Shown: positions 39,374 to 53,771 of the stretch, piece by piece
Layout: every line of letters starts with the position of its first letter
Numbering within the stretch: position 1 is the first letter of the stretch
Source of the DNA: Adineta vaga
Taxonomy: Eukaryota > Animalia > Rotifera
Assembly (NCBI GenBank): GCA_021613535.1
Contig: CP075497.1
Coordinates: 6,448,001 to 6,512,000, forward strand
Length of the DNA: 64,000 bases
Direction: 5' to 3'
Position numbers and translations under genes: made by a program
Notes under the pieces: model-generated
What the model was told of the DNA's origin: nothing
Databases searched by the model: none
Seen by the model: the letters and a program-made list of their open reading frames with translations, nothing else

Positions 39374-40479
39374 TTAATGAAATAATTTACAAGATGATTT
39401 TTATTTATCTTTTCTTTAAAAAAGAGACTGTAGTGTTTGAAGTTAATGATGATTTAATAAATAAACGTTGATTATAAGAGGATATCACTTGATTTATAAT
39501 AAATAAAAGATCTAACACAAGTATCGAAACTTATCATTATTTCATGATCATGGTTTTACTAAACTTGTTTACATGCATGCATTTACATTTGATTTATATT
39601 CTATCTCGTTTAAAACTTACGATGTTTCTAGGTCACAATACTGAACTGAGAGGACAATTTGATGAAAGATCATTTCATTGCATCAGTATCAATAGTTATC
39701 ATATTAATCTTGTGTTTCACAAGTCAATCTATTCATCGGACTCAATCGACTGAAAGACAACTGCAATGTCTTAGCTCAAATTCTGTTTATTTATTTGTCT
39801 TTAGGTTAATCAATATCAATTCAACAACTACATAACATCACATATCAGTTTTCTTATATAAACTATCGTCGATATTTAGAGAAATTCTTCAATAATCAGA
39901 TATACATATCATTGAAAGATCCTATATTTTTCGTATGATTAAGATAACAAATTCATTGTTAGACTTAAGAATTTGTCCGGACATAAGTATGACCATCTGT
40001 TTTTCGATATTTTCCTGGTCAAAACACGTGATTGTTAAATTTTCATAAAGATTGAAACAGACGATATAGCCTAGTTTGTTTTTTTCTCATACGCATTTCC
40101 CGTTCTTTTTCGAATCAATTTCTCTCGTCCGCTGTCTAGCATTTCGTCTAGTATTGTTCTACCATTTTCTTTTCCCGTTCTTTTGCAAATCCAGGTCTTT
40201 TCGATAATGATAATGGACGACTCTGCCTATCCAGACGATGCAACAACGTACACTAGTAGCGTCTACTATACTCTCTCTTTTTCTTTATTATTGTGTGTCC
40301 AGTCAGGATATCAGAAACGAAATGGACGGGAGAAAACGTGTCTGTATCTCTCTCTCTCTTGTCTCACTATTTATTTAGCAGTTCTAATCGACGACGTGAT
40401 TAGTAGTCGATCTTTCTCTTTTTCTTTTAACTTTTAATCTATTTGTGTGTGTGTGTGAGTGTGTAAACTAAAAACTACA

Positions 40480-42602
40480 ATGATCTCAAAAGAAAATGTA
40501 AGTTCAAGACGATCTTTACTCTGATAAAATCTCGTTTATAATTAATGATTTTTTCTTCTTAATTAGAATTTTACCATGGGAGGGAATTATCCATTAATTG
40601 ATCGTTCATTTAATACATCTCTTGCATTAGGTAACTTACTCGATGATACTTTGCCAAATTCATCAGATTATGAACATCAACAACGTTCAATGTTAATGAT
40701 GAATGGTGCACCTAATTTACCACAATGGTCCATGCCACAAATGAATTTTACATCAGCGCCTCTTGTTAAGTAAGAAAATCTTCATTAAAATAGTATAGTT
40801 GTGTTTCTCTATGGAAATCATTTCTTTAGTATGTGTTCGGATGAAAAATTACTTCAATTTTTAATGAGTAAAGATTTTACCGCACGTTATGCTGGTGACG
40901 ATGATCAATATGAAGAAGATCGATATTTACAAGAAAGACATCAGAATATTCTACCTCCGACATCTTTAATCGAACAAATGGTTTGTTGATTTTGTTATTT
41001 TATTTAATGATTTGATTGAATAAGATTTTATTTAGCAATGTATCGCAATTGATAATGATGATAATCGTTTGAAAATAGCTGCGGCAAATGAACGTCGTCA
41101 AGCTACCCGTAAGATTGTGATGAGATGGAAAGTTTCTTTTTATAATTTCGATGAAAATGTTTAGGTCATTTTGGAAAAGTTAGTCAAAATATGTGCTGGT
41201 GTGCACCATTACCTGTTAAACCACGTGCTTATTCAATTAATCCTCCTTCACTTTCTAATAAAATATTTCTTGGTGGTATTCCGCATGATCTTAATGAACG
41301 TAAGAATTCGAATTGAAGTTTTATTTTAATCAAAAACGAACTCTTGATTTTGTATTTCATAAGGTGAATTAGCTACTCGTCTTAGTCAATTTGGCCCTGT
41401 TCGTATCGAATGGCCGGCTGAAAATAACCGAACTCGTCGTCGAACTAATCACGGTAGATTCTCTTTTAGAAAAAGCATGTTCAATGTTTACTTTCGTTTT
41501 TCTAGGCAAATCCGGTTATGCTTATGCAATATTTGATAAAGAATCGTCTGTACATGAATTACTTTTAGCTTGTTGTCAACAACCACAACGTAATTCGGAT
41601 GGTCGTTGTGAATATTATCTTAATCTTAACAGTCAACGATCAGCGTCAAAACGCAAAAGTGTAAGTTTATATAGCAAAGAAAAAAATGTCGATGATAACG
41701 ATATATTTTGTATTTTAGATTCAACTTATTCCTTGGTTTGTAAGTATTTTAATGAGATTGAAATCGGTTAAATATCAAATAATCTGTCTAGACAGAAGAT
41801 GCTCAATGGATGTCATCGAATCGACATGATGCTGCTATGTGTGAACTACTCAAAGATGATCCATATAAGACGACTGTCTTTGTTGGAGCTTTGCATGGTA
41901 TTTGATTGAATAATTGTTTTTTCTTTGAAATGAAAGAAAATTTTTCTTTTAGGTATGATGACCGCATATGCACTTGCTCGAATTTTTTCGAAACTATTCG
42001 GTGAAGTTGATTTTGCGGCTATTGATACTGATCGTAATAAATATCCGATTGGTAATGATCTTGATCCGTATTTTTCTTTCATGAAAATTTAATTTGAATG
42101 TTTACATAGGTTCGGGTCGGGTCATTTTTACAAGTATTCATAGTTATTTTAGTGCCATGACGGTGAGTATTTTTATCTTAAAAATTCATATGAATATTGT
42201 ATACTTTTGTTCGTATTTTAGGCAAACTATGTATTTATTGATTGTGAACGATTTTCTAAAGTAGTAAGTAAACCAATTTGTTTTTATAGAATAAAAATTG
42301 AAATAGAACGAGTGATAGTTTTCTATTAAACAATGAAGTTCAATAGTCTCATATTACCATTTAACTCTTTCTCTCTTTCTTAGATTCAACTTGATCCTTA
42401 TTTGGTGGATGCTCAAACGTGCAGTGGCGCTAGTGGTCAATCGTGTACTCAATTGGGTAAATATTTCTGCCGTTCACTTGCCTGTTGGAAATATTTTTGT
42501 GATAAATGTTGGACAAAAGCTCATACAGGTATAAACAGTCAACAACCATTAACTGAAGCACTTGCTCACAAACCTCTGATGCGTAATGCAAGTGTATCTT
42601 AA
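40480..42602 (+). CDS. CPEB1: Cytoplasmic polyadenylation element-binding protein (CPEB1/Orb class)
   Basis: RRM1 [23 protein letters not shown]; IQLIPW; RRM2 [32 protein letters not shown]; ZZ/C-H domain [31 protein letters not shown]. Confidence 0.93.
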
Positions 42603-43432
42603 TTATTTCTTTCCGTCATCTGTTAGTTGAAAGAAAAAGCTATGCATTTCTGTTTGTTGTTTTCTTTTTCTCTTTTTTTTTCTTGTGTTTGAGATGCATT
42701 TCATGTTCGTCTATATCTCTGTTCAATGGTTCAATTGTTTGTGTTCGTTTTTTCCTGTTTTTCTTTTTCTTTTTTGTTCCACTGTACCGGTGATCCACTT
42801 TTACTGAAGTTGGACTTCGTCGTGTGTCATGTGATCAATTTTTCTTGCGCTTCCTTTTTTTCTCTTTCTCTATATGTATGTTTTTTTCTACCGCTGTCTT
42901 TTTTTTTGTTATTTGTTGTTGATGGTTTTTCTTTGCTTCTATCTTCAAGCTATTGTACTTTGAAAAAAAGAGATAGAACGATTGAATATACTTGGTTGAA
43001 GAATTATTATATTATTTTATTTTTGTAATATAGTTAGAATTCTAAGTTATTTGTATTTATATCGGTAAACTTTCTTACTCAGCTAACTTCTTACATAATA
43101 GGATAGGAAACGTTAACATGTAATTCTGAAATGTACTCTGCAATGATGATAGAAGAGCGTACTTTGCATAGAATTTAGTAACCGAATAACAGAAAGAAAA
43201 GAAAAGAAAGGGAAAGAAAAGAAAAAGAATCGTGATAAGACGACGAAGAAAAAAAGCCATAAAGAAAGAAAAAACGTGGTGTACAGCGTCATTATCAAAT
43301 ACATCGAGAGGCCGTATCAGCAGTCATATGTAAGCATAAAAGACGGTTAAAGGCTTGATATAGTATAACGTGTACCTAACAGTCAACTCATACGTTAATT
43401 AAAACGAAGCTTCCACACAAATAAATATTGCA

Positions 43433-45279
43433 ATGATTTTGTCAACGGCTTTATTGATTAATAATCTTGGGTTATTTCTATTGGAAATTATTGGATATAA
43501 TGCTTGCCATAGCGGTATGTACATATAGCTAAGTTTCATACAATATGATAATGAATCGTTTTCTTTTTTTCCTATTGGCCAATACAGTTGTTATATTACT
43601 TGATGGATACTACCATTTATGCCAAGCTATTTTATGTACAGTTCGAATTGCTTCCCAACGAGTAAATACTATTGATAAAATCAAATCAAATATATTGACA
43701 TTGTTTTTTTTAGATTCAACTTACATATACTCCACGATATACATATGGATTAGTTCGAGGTACAATTGATTTAATTATTAATTTGTATATTGAGATAATT
43801 ATTGTGTTTTTCTTTCGATTGAATCAGTTGGTGTTGTTGGTGAATTAGTTGCTTTTGTTGGTTTCTTTTCATTGTCAATATCTGTTTTTCTTGAATCTTT
43901 GAAACATCTGTATGATGTTACTTTTGTCATACCAAAACAAGAAAAGAATTGTTCAGTAACATACACTGCACATGGACATGGTATGTTTTATTCGAAAAAA
44001 AGAACGAACTTATTTGTAAATTGAAATTTATATTTAGGGCATCATCATCATAGTCTTATTGACTATCCAAAATTTATTCTTGGTATTGGTATGTACGCAA
44101 CACTATCGAATTTTGTTTTAGCTGTTATATTAATTTGTACGTAAAATCTTGTTTCTTTGTAAAAAAAATTATTAACATTCAATTATTAAGATACACTAAT
44201 GAAACGTTCAAAAAAATTCAGAAAACAATTGGAACAACAACGACCGAATCATCAACAACCATTACCAAAGAAAACGTCATCGAAATCATGTAAGACAGAT
44301 AACGATCATGTTAATAATACTATCCATGATAGATTCTAAAGATATAAAGAAAAAGAATCCTTCCTCTTTCTTTCTTTTTTCTAGTGCTTATTACAGATAC
44401 ATTACCTATTCAACATAAATTTCTTCAAATATTAAATATGTTACTTGGTCCGTTAAGTATACTAGTATGTGGCATACTTTTAGTAATATCACCGAAAGAC
44501 GATTGTAGAGTACTTGCTTATAGTCGTCGTATTGATCCACTTATTGGGTGCTTCCTGTTTCTTTCTTATCTAATTATGATTGCTATACCGAGTATGTATT
44601 AAAAATTTGTATATTCTCATCTGAAATAATTGTCTTATCTTTTTTCATTATCATTCAGTACGCGATGTTGCTCATCTTGTTTTACAAGCAAAACCATATG
44701 GTATGAAATCTGATGATATTGAAGCAAGAGTTTTAGCTGTATGTCATTCAATCGATTTGAAAAAAAGATCATATGTATTATTTTCTTCTTTAATTTTCAG
44801 ATTCCAGGTGTTGTAGGAATTCATGAACTTCATATATGGCGTTTAACACCTCAAAAAACATTGGCAACAGTACATGTTTTATTCAATACTAAAGAAAAGA
44901 TACTCACTAAATATCGAGATATTAATTTCATATTTCATACACATTATATTGATCATGTGACTATTCAACCAGAATTTATTTTGGTTTGTTCAGATAATTT
45001 TCTTCACAAATCTATCTAACAGAACATTTCGATTCTTAGGGTTTGGATGATGTTCAAAAATCTGGTTGTTATTATCAGTGTTCGTCGAAAAATATTAGCT
45101 GTAGTGCATTACAATGTTGTGAAAATCCTATTGTAGAAGTACCTGAAACAAACAGTACTACTTCAACAAATAAATATTTTCATCGTCGAAGTAGTGTTGG
45201 ATTTAATGAGGATAGTGACAATGAAATGGAAAAGAAGAAGAAATTACTCGACGAATCAAGCATTAATATCTCAGCTTAA
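43433..45279 (+). CDS. Cation diffusion facilitator, ZnT1/ZnT10 (SLC30A1)-like, divergent
   Basis: TYGLVR, His-rich loop HTAHGHGHHHH, IDPLIG, LVLQAKP, CTD IPGVVGIHELHIWRL..ATVHV..IFHTHYIDHVTIQPEF, Cys-rich tail CYYQC..CSALQCC. Confidence 0.85.
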
Positions 45280-46488
45280 CCACGCACGAGTTCTTCTACT
45301 AGCTGTCGTATTCGCAAATGAAAAATAGACGTTTCTATAATAGTTCTCTTCAAAATTTTTCTTTTTTTGTGATATTTAACTTTTATCTTTAGTTAATATG
45401 TTTGTTTATAACTAACAGTTGAAGAATAATATCTTAGTATTTCTACGAGTTCGTTAATAAAAGTGTTACTCTGTTTCTTTTTACATTATAATTTCATTGG
45501 AAAATATGTTTTTTGACTTCTGAAAAAATAAATCGAAAGATTCTAAATTATCAAACTTTTCCAGGTTTTCACACAAGTATTTCGTCTTGGTATTATTTAC
45601 AGTTCCATATTTTTCGGTATATAAACTTAATAGATAATATATCAAGAACTAAGGCCAATAATCGAAATAATTATAAATATAGATGTATCTTTTCAGTAAT
45701 AATATCATGTCGCCAAAGGAAAAAGAGAAATGAATGATATGATAAAGTATCATGGAAAATTGTTTCATAGTATAAACGTCAGCATGTCATCAAAATGACA
45801 ATGTAAGATTATTATTGGAATTTTCGCGTGAATTTGTCCGGAAACCATTCTAATGTAATATTAAACGGATTATCAGTTAAAATGAGTGGTTAATTTTTAA
45901 TTCTTTCGGTTTATCAATTACATTAAAATAATATTAAAATACACGTATACTAAGTATGGATTTTTGCACGTAGATTTAAGTAAAAAAATAGTAGTCTAAA
46001 TGACAAGAATACAATTAGTAAATGTACGTGCCATACCCGTCCTGTGTTTGATTCTCTCTCTCAGTTTATTGTAAATGTACCACGTTTACTTACAGAATAA
46101 ATTCTTGAAGATAAAAGCAGTATCGGTGCTTTTATGTTATATTAAATAACACTTTAAATTGTTATAAAGATACATATAGAAACAGAATTGAAATAAAAAA
46201 GACACACTTCAATTTACCTTGTCGTTGTTCCTTACACAAAGGTTTAGATTATTTTGAAAATCATAATCGGTGACATCTATACAAAGTTCGTGAGATAAAA
46301 CCTAAACACGAACGAACGAAAGACTATAACCTTTTTGTTTCAACCAGCTGATTCATTCAAAGCAGTCTTGAAGTCAGAACAAACGATGTACGAATAGAAA
46401 AGAATATAAATATTGAAGTTTTTATCTTCCATAGGACCTTATGTTGATCTTTTCTATTCATTTATACTAACTCAATAATATTCTTTAG

Positions 46489-49400
46489 ATGAACTCATTA
46501 TACCATATACGATCACTAGTTCAGCGTAAATTCTCTGCATCTACCAATACTGTTATAAATGCTGATGGACGAGAAGGATTTTCAATCTTAAATGATCATT
46601 TTTCTAATTTATGCACAATTCATCAACAACAACAACAGATAGAAACATCCTTACAGATTTTAAATCAAAATGAGAATTCATTTTCACACTCACCTATTAT
46701 TGATCCAATTCAAAATGATATAGAAACTTTATCAAAGAATTCCAAACGTACATTACGTACTATTCCTGGTGTATTCTGTCCAATCGCTTTATCCATGTTA
46801 GCCATATCTATTTTCATGCGAATTGGTTTCGTTCTTGCTCATGCAGGTGTTTTACAAACATTATTGCAACTAAGTCTTTGTTTTGTTATTCTTTTTTGTA
46901 CACTATTAAGTATTTGTTCATTATCAACAAATGGAGCTATTGAAAGTGGTGGTGTTTATCATATGATATCACGTGCATTAGGACCCGAATTTGGTGGAGC
47001 TATTGGTGTGTTGTTCTTTTCTGCACAAGTCATTGGAAATGGACAGAGTGTTGCTGCACTTGTTGAAGCATTAGTTGGTAGTTTTGGTCCAGGAAGTAAA
47101 AAGAAGACGATATTTAAAGATATAGAACAAATATATTGAACGAAATTAATTTTTATAGGTAGAACAAAGATTTTCTGTGATACACGTTGGTGGAGATTTC
47201 TATATGGAACTTTGATCAATTGTCTAAGTTTATTAACATGTCTCTTTGGTTCATCATTAGTTTCTATGGCTGCATTTTCAATATTTATTCTTGTTAGTTT
47301 TGTTTATCTTATGATTATTATATCATTTTTTATTCGTGGACCACATTCTGTTCTAATACCTAAAGTGAATATCTATGCATATCAAAATCAAGAACATATC
47401 TATAATAACACAGATTATCTCTATGGACATTATACAAGTTTTAATTCATCAACATGGAAAGAAAATCTTTATACAAATTATACTATCGATTATACAACAG
47501 GAGATACAACAAATTTTGTTAGTGTTTTTGGTGTACTCTTTTCAAGTATTATTGGATTATTAGCTGGAGCTAATCGAGTTGAATGGGGTGAGTATATAAA
47601 TACGAAATCTTATTTAATCTATCAAAGAGAAAAGAAAGAAGTTTTCAGAATAGAAAGTATATTTATATAATTCTAGGTGGTTTAAATAATCCTAATCGAA
47701 GTATTCCGACTGGATCGATTTCAGCTATTCTCTATGTATTTATTATTTATATTATTGAAACTTTATTCATTGCTGCAACTACAGATAGGTTTGTTAGAAT
47801 ATTTCGTTTTATAATTGAATTATTCTGTTTCTTAATTGATGTTTTAGATATACTTTATTGAATAATTATTTATTTTTACAAGAAATTAATATTTGGCAAC
47901 CATTTGTTATTATTGGTATTATATTTGCTGTTTTTTCAGCATGTTTATCAGGATTAATTGGAGCATCACGAATATTACAAGCATTGTCAATCGACGAAAT
48001 CTTTGGTATGTTTAATCACTATTATTTAAATAGTTTTATTTCAAACTGAGATTCAAATAATGATAATCAATGTTTAAATTTAGGTTTATTATTACGTTGG
48101 ATTAAGAAAGGAACAACTCGTCATGGTAATCCTGTTGCTGCCGTCTTCTGTACCTTTATTCTTGTTGAAGTAGGTTCTAGATGATTAAAAAACAGAACAG
48201 ATGACTTATCTTGAAATTATTATTTTAGTTAACTTTATTGATTGGTTCGTTGAATAAAATTGCTCGTATTGTCACTATATTCTATTTGCTTGCTTATCTT
48301 GCTGTTAATCTTTCATGTTTGGCACTTGGTTTAGCATCAACACCGAATTTTCGACCAACATTCAGATATTTCTCATGGCATACGGCATTAATCGGTGCAA
48401 TTGGATCGATTATCATGTGTTTTATTGTTTCAACGACATTTGCATCAGTTGCTATTGGAATATTAACTGGTCTTATTGCAATCTTACATCTAAGAGATTT
48501 TCCTCAAGCATCATGGGGTTCAATATCTCAAGCATTAATTTTTCATCAAGTACGAAAATATCTTCTTCTACTTGATCCACGGAAAGAACATGTCAAATTT
48601 TGGCGTCCACAAATTCTCTTACTTGTTTCAAATCCACGTTCATCAATAAATTTAATCGATTTTGTTAATGATATGAAAAAAGGTGGATTATTCATTTTAG
48701 GTCATGTGAAAAAAAGTGCTATTGAAGATGAAATCAATGATCTATGTTCACGAGAATATCCACATTGGATAACATTGATTAATCAAATGAAATTCAAAGC
48801 ATTTGTGGATATGACATCAGCAATAAATATTCGAGATGGAGTTATACATTTGATGAGATTATCGGGCTTAGGTATTTTGATAATTTACGATGAATTTCAT
48901 TGTTGAAAAAAGTTTTGTTCTAGGTGGACTTCGTCCAAATACAATTATTCTTGGTTTTTATGATGAAACAACGCCAGAAGATAAATTACATAGTCGTTCG
49001 GTTGCGAAACGACGATGGGCTAAATCAAATCTATCACTACTTCAACGACAACTATCATCTACTTCAAATAACTCTAATGAATCAGAAGCGACAAATACTC
49101 CTGATATATATTCGATGCTTCATTTTTCAAGTAAAACTCGTTTGTTTTCATATCGTAAAACTTTTTATTTCTTTCATCATCTAGAATTACGACAAGAAAA
49201 CGAAGAAAAACAATTAGATGTATATTCCTATGTTCAAATTATTAAAGATGCACTTCATTTAAATAAAAGTGTTTGTCTTGCAAGAAATTTTGTTCATTTA
49301 CAAAAGGATAATATTGATTCTAATCAAGCAAAAGTTTTCATCGATATCTGGCCAGTAAGTTCATCAATTTCATTACTTAAAAAACAACATTTTTCTCCAG

Positions 49401-49983
49401 AAATCATCATCGAAAAAAATACATATTCTAGGTCAATTTTATCTTTCCAGAAACATCAACACAATTCGATACTACTTGTCTTTATATGTTTCAACTAGCA
49501 ACGATACTTTCAATGGTTAAACCATGGAAAAAACATGCAATCTTACGAGTTTTTCTCTGTATTGATGCAATTAATGAGAATGCTCTTCGAGCACATTATT
49601 ATCTCGACGAATTATTGAAACAGCTTCGCATAAATGCACAAACACGAATGATTTCTTGGGAGAATATTACAAGTCTTTTACATAATTCAACATCGAATAT
49701 TGATGATGGTGCAGCAACGATTTCCACTGAACAACAATCGACAACCATAGCAGCAGCATCAAATTCATTTGTTGATGTTAATGATGATTATATTCGAGGT
49801 ATTAATGAACTTATTCGACAACAATGTGATAATACATCATGTCTTTATCTATATTTGCCACGACCACCACGTGATAAATTACTTTCACAACGTTATGTGC
49901 ATATTCTTGACATGTTATCCAAAAACTTACCACCGACTATGTTTGTTCATGGTGTTTCATCTGTGACATGTACACGATTATAA
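46489..49983 (+). CDS. SLC12A9: Solute carrier family 12 member 9 (cation-chloride cotransporter-interacting protein)
   Basis: GVFCPIALSM, STNGAIESGGVYHMISRALGPEFGG, PNFRPTFRYFSWHT, ASWGSISQALIFHQVRKYLLLLD.RKEHVKFWRPQILLLV, GLGGLRPNTIILGFYD, LYLPRPP, LPPTMFVHGVSSV. Confidence 0.95.
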
Positions 49984-52900
49984 TATTGTAACAATTAAAA
50001 CTTGTTTTGTTTCATTTCATTCTTTTTTATTTCGACGACTATTTAATAAGACAATTTGTAACTGTGCATTTTTCTTCTTACATATATATATATTAAATTA
50101 GTAATATTTTGTATATAAAACTGACTGATTGTTCAAGAGAAGTTTAGTACATTTTTTTTATAAGAAACTGATGATCGTATATCATACTTACTAAAATATT
50201 CATGTCAGATCTGCATAAAATAAAGAGCGTTATGTAAAATATGACTATATGAAAAGGAATGAAAGATTTTTGTTTACTAACAGATAGAATATGCGATAGT
50301 CATACCATCAATGAAAGTTAACATTCTAGTAAACTAATGTGGCGTTCCTATATCAACTTGTTCTATTAATTAGTAGAATTTGATAAATTATCTTGAAAAA
50401 TGTTCTAATTCTAATCAATGTTTGAGATATATTGTTAATCACATATTTTTTCTTCTTCTTATTTACTGATTAAGATCAGTCATCAGTGTCGTCAATGATC
50501 AAAACTTAATGTGATGATGCGCTTTTATTTTTTAGATATACAAGCGATTCTTCACGCCTCGTTATCAAGTGATAACAAGAGTTGACAGCTTATATCTCCG
50601 TAGTTCCATCGTCTATCAAACACTTGCAAGTTGAATGAACATTTCAAAACGAAAAATATGTCTCTTCCATTCAGCGATACGTTTGATTTGTATTGAAAGA
50701 TTCCTCGAAATATAATTTAAAGTATTTTATAACAAAGTAGAATAAAACTTGAATAGAATTGTCGGTGGAAAGCAAAACAAATCTTCTCATTTATAAGATT
50801 GATTATCAACTGTATCCAGCATTCATTCGGGATTTCTGATCGATTAGGTGATTTCGTTTTGTCGTGCCAAATGTGACTTATGTCTCGATCGCGCAATCAC
50901 ACCCCGCGAGAGTCGCTCTTTTTTGCCGATGGCACACATCGTTCATGTTTGACAAGTTCCTATACTTCGCTTCGACAATGAACTGAAATATGGCATCAAT
51001 ATGATCAACGTCTCCAAGGAATTGACAATACACATACACAACACTCTCCATTCGTCCGGCGAATGTCGCACGCAATGATTGCGATTTAATTTCCGATCAA
51101 CACTCATGATATGACACATTCATCTAGTACTACTCTCTCTCTCTCTCTCACTTCACTTTTATAAACATCAGATAGTAGTTAGTAAAAGAATGAAGATCAT
51201 TCTTTCCTTTTTTGTTTTAGCAAAAAGAAAACATCTTTAGTTCGATAGATTATTTTTCCATGTCAAATGTTTTGTGTCAGTTCATCTAGTTGAGAGAATA
51301 GATTGACTGGTTTGTTTGTTCAAACAATGTGTCTAATTGATCGTCATCTCCAGGTTTTTCTCGCTATTCTGTATATATATATGTATATGTATCTGTACTC
51401 ATATCGAGTATCCATCGCAGCAGAAAGCGTCCGATGTTTGACCTATATCTTGGTCGTCCCATCACATCGGACATCCCGACAATATCAATCAGGGAGACGT
51501 TCTGCTGTTTAGCCATCGTCCCTTTCTCGTTTCTCTGACCGTCCCTATCTCTATCTATTGTTTTTGCCCTGGCGGATGATGAGCATTTACAGCAATGAAC
51601 AGAAAAAGGAAAAAAGATGAAGACATCCTCGAGCAAGCGAGAACAGATAGATAGCGACCATCTCTTGTCTTCCTTTTCAAGAACAATTATTTGAAGATGC
51701 TATCGAAGGAGAAAGAAGAGGGAGAGAGTAGGAGAGATTGTGAACATTCTGGCGGCGGGCGACCGATGCCCGAGCAACAAAAACAAAACACAAGAGAGGG
51801 AGAGAGAGAGAAGACGACTGTCACTGCTAATCACGCGTCGATGATGTACAACAACAACAGAACACCTTTTTTTCTTTTCTCCCTCTCTGTCTCTCTATCT
51901 GTCTCTCTCTCTCTCCCTTCTCTGTGTCTCTCTCGTTCACATTTGCAGTAGTTGACCATAGGTCAATCAGAGACAGAGATAGAACAACATCCTACAATAA
52001 TTATTTCGTGAGTTAGAAGAGACAAGACGATGGTTGGTTATATGATAAAGAAAAATAAAACGACGGTAAGATAGTTTAAAGTTTCTTCATTTTCTTTTCT
52101 TTTCTTCATTCGTTTTCTTTTTATGTTCTATTTTCTGATGTTTTCATTCGTGCTTTCTATAGAAAAGAGACAGATGACACTTGTCTCATTGGGTGACAGA
52201 ATCGACTAATGAGATTTATGTGCGACGAAATGACATATATAGATAAATATACACATAAGAAATTCCGATGAAGAAGGTGATAAATCAAACAACCACCTTG
52301 TCAAAAGAACGACATCGTTGAAAATCGTTTGTCGACATTGTACGAACGCGTATATACAGATGAAAAGTGACATGAATCGGAAGTTGTTTATGGAAGAACG
52401 TTGACGATGACGATCAACGACGACAACAAGCAAGAGTAGCTTTTCTTCTCTCGTCGTCAGCATCATATTGAGAACGAAGCCCATCATGGCAATTTGTCAT
52501 TTTTGACGTGCTTATCACTAAATTCATTTTTACGTAGAACAAGCACGTACATACACATACACACATACACATTCGCATCGACATCGACACAAAAAAAGGA
52601 GAAGAAGAAGATGAAGGAGAAAAGGCAAAAAAATCGTGGCTCACAAGGAAAAGAACATGATTGAGGGTCAGAACAAGCAATTGAGCGTATGCAGTACAGC
52701 GTACAAGTGCAGAAATAAGGAAAAGAAGAGCAGCCGATCTAGCTGTCTGTCTCATTAGAACCCTAGTGTCATCCGTGACCACCCGTTGGTCTCTCTTTCT
52801 TTCTCACTGGTAGTTCATTATTTTCTTCTCGTGTTGTTGTTCTAATCGCCGACACATGTTTTCGCATGTCGATGCTATAGACATGCATCCAAATACATAC

Positions 52901-53771
52901 ACACACACACAGATGAGGTCGTTGTGATCAATCACCATGGACACTTACTAATTTTTACAATCGATGACATTGTTCTCTCCTATGTGTGATGGGACAGACA
53001 CCTGTGTCTATGCATATGTATTTGAAATATTTTCTTCTGTCTGTTTTCGATTAAGGAAAAAAGAAAGACAGCGAAGTCAAAGAAAATGAATGACGAATGA
53101 GGCACAAGTGTAGTTTGAATTGATAAGACCTGCTGTGTCTTCTTTTCTTCATCTTCTTTTCATCGGTTTCTTTTCTTCGTTTTTTTCTTCTTCATCTTAT
53201 TGCCTTTTTATAACAATCAATTCGCTTGTTTGAAATGACATCATTTGCCTTTTTTGTCTTTTGCTAATTCGAAGTTAATGTTTTTGCTCATCAAACGAAA
53301 AATTGTATCTGTTCGATCGTATGTGTGTGAGTGTGCATCTCAAATTTCTATCAAGAAGAAACCCTGATGTGATGAAAAGCACAATGTGTGTGTGTTTATG
53401 TCATCACCAGAAGCATCAGCAGCCGTACGAAAATTCCACTGATAAGCACGATGTTTGTATGCGCGAAAAAAGAACGCAGAAGAAGAGAACGACGACGAAA
53501 TAAACGGTGTAAGATGCGAGAACAAGAGCAAGAGAGAAGAAAAGTTGTAAAAGAAAAAAGTGTGAGTGTCGAATACGTGCGACCAATCGAAATTGCTCGA
53601 TGCTGCATTGTCATTCGTCGCCTTAATCGAAATAACACTGAAGTAGGAAGAGAGAGAGAGAGGGAAGAGAAGAATAAGAGAAGAAAAAAATAGAAAAAAA
53701 GTTGTCGTGCGTGCTTGTATGTTTGTGACTGTCACATTGGTTCGTCGCACGCACACAAACACTCTAAAAGA

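Noticed and set aside
50878-53762. Multiple 60-140 aa ORFs in the track
   Set aside because: Translations of GA/CT/CA low-complexity tracts on both strands, with no domain signatures or typical codon usage.
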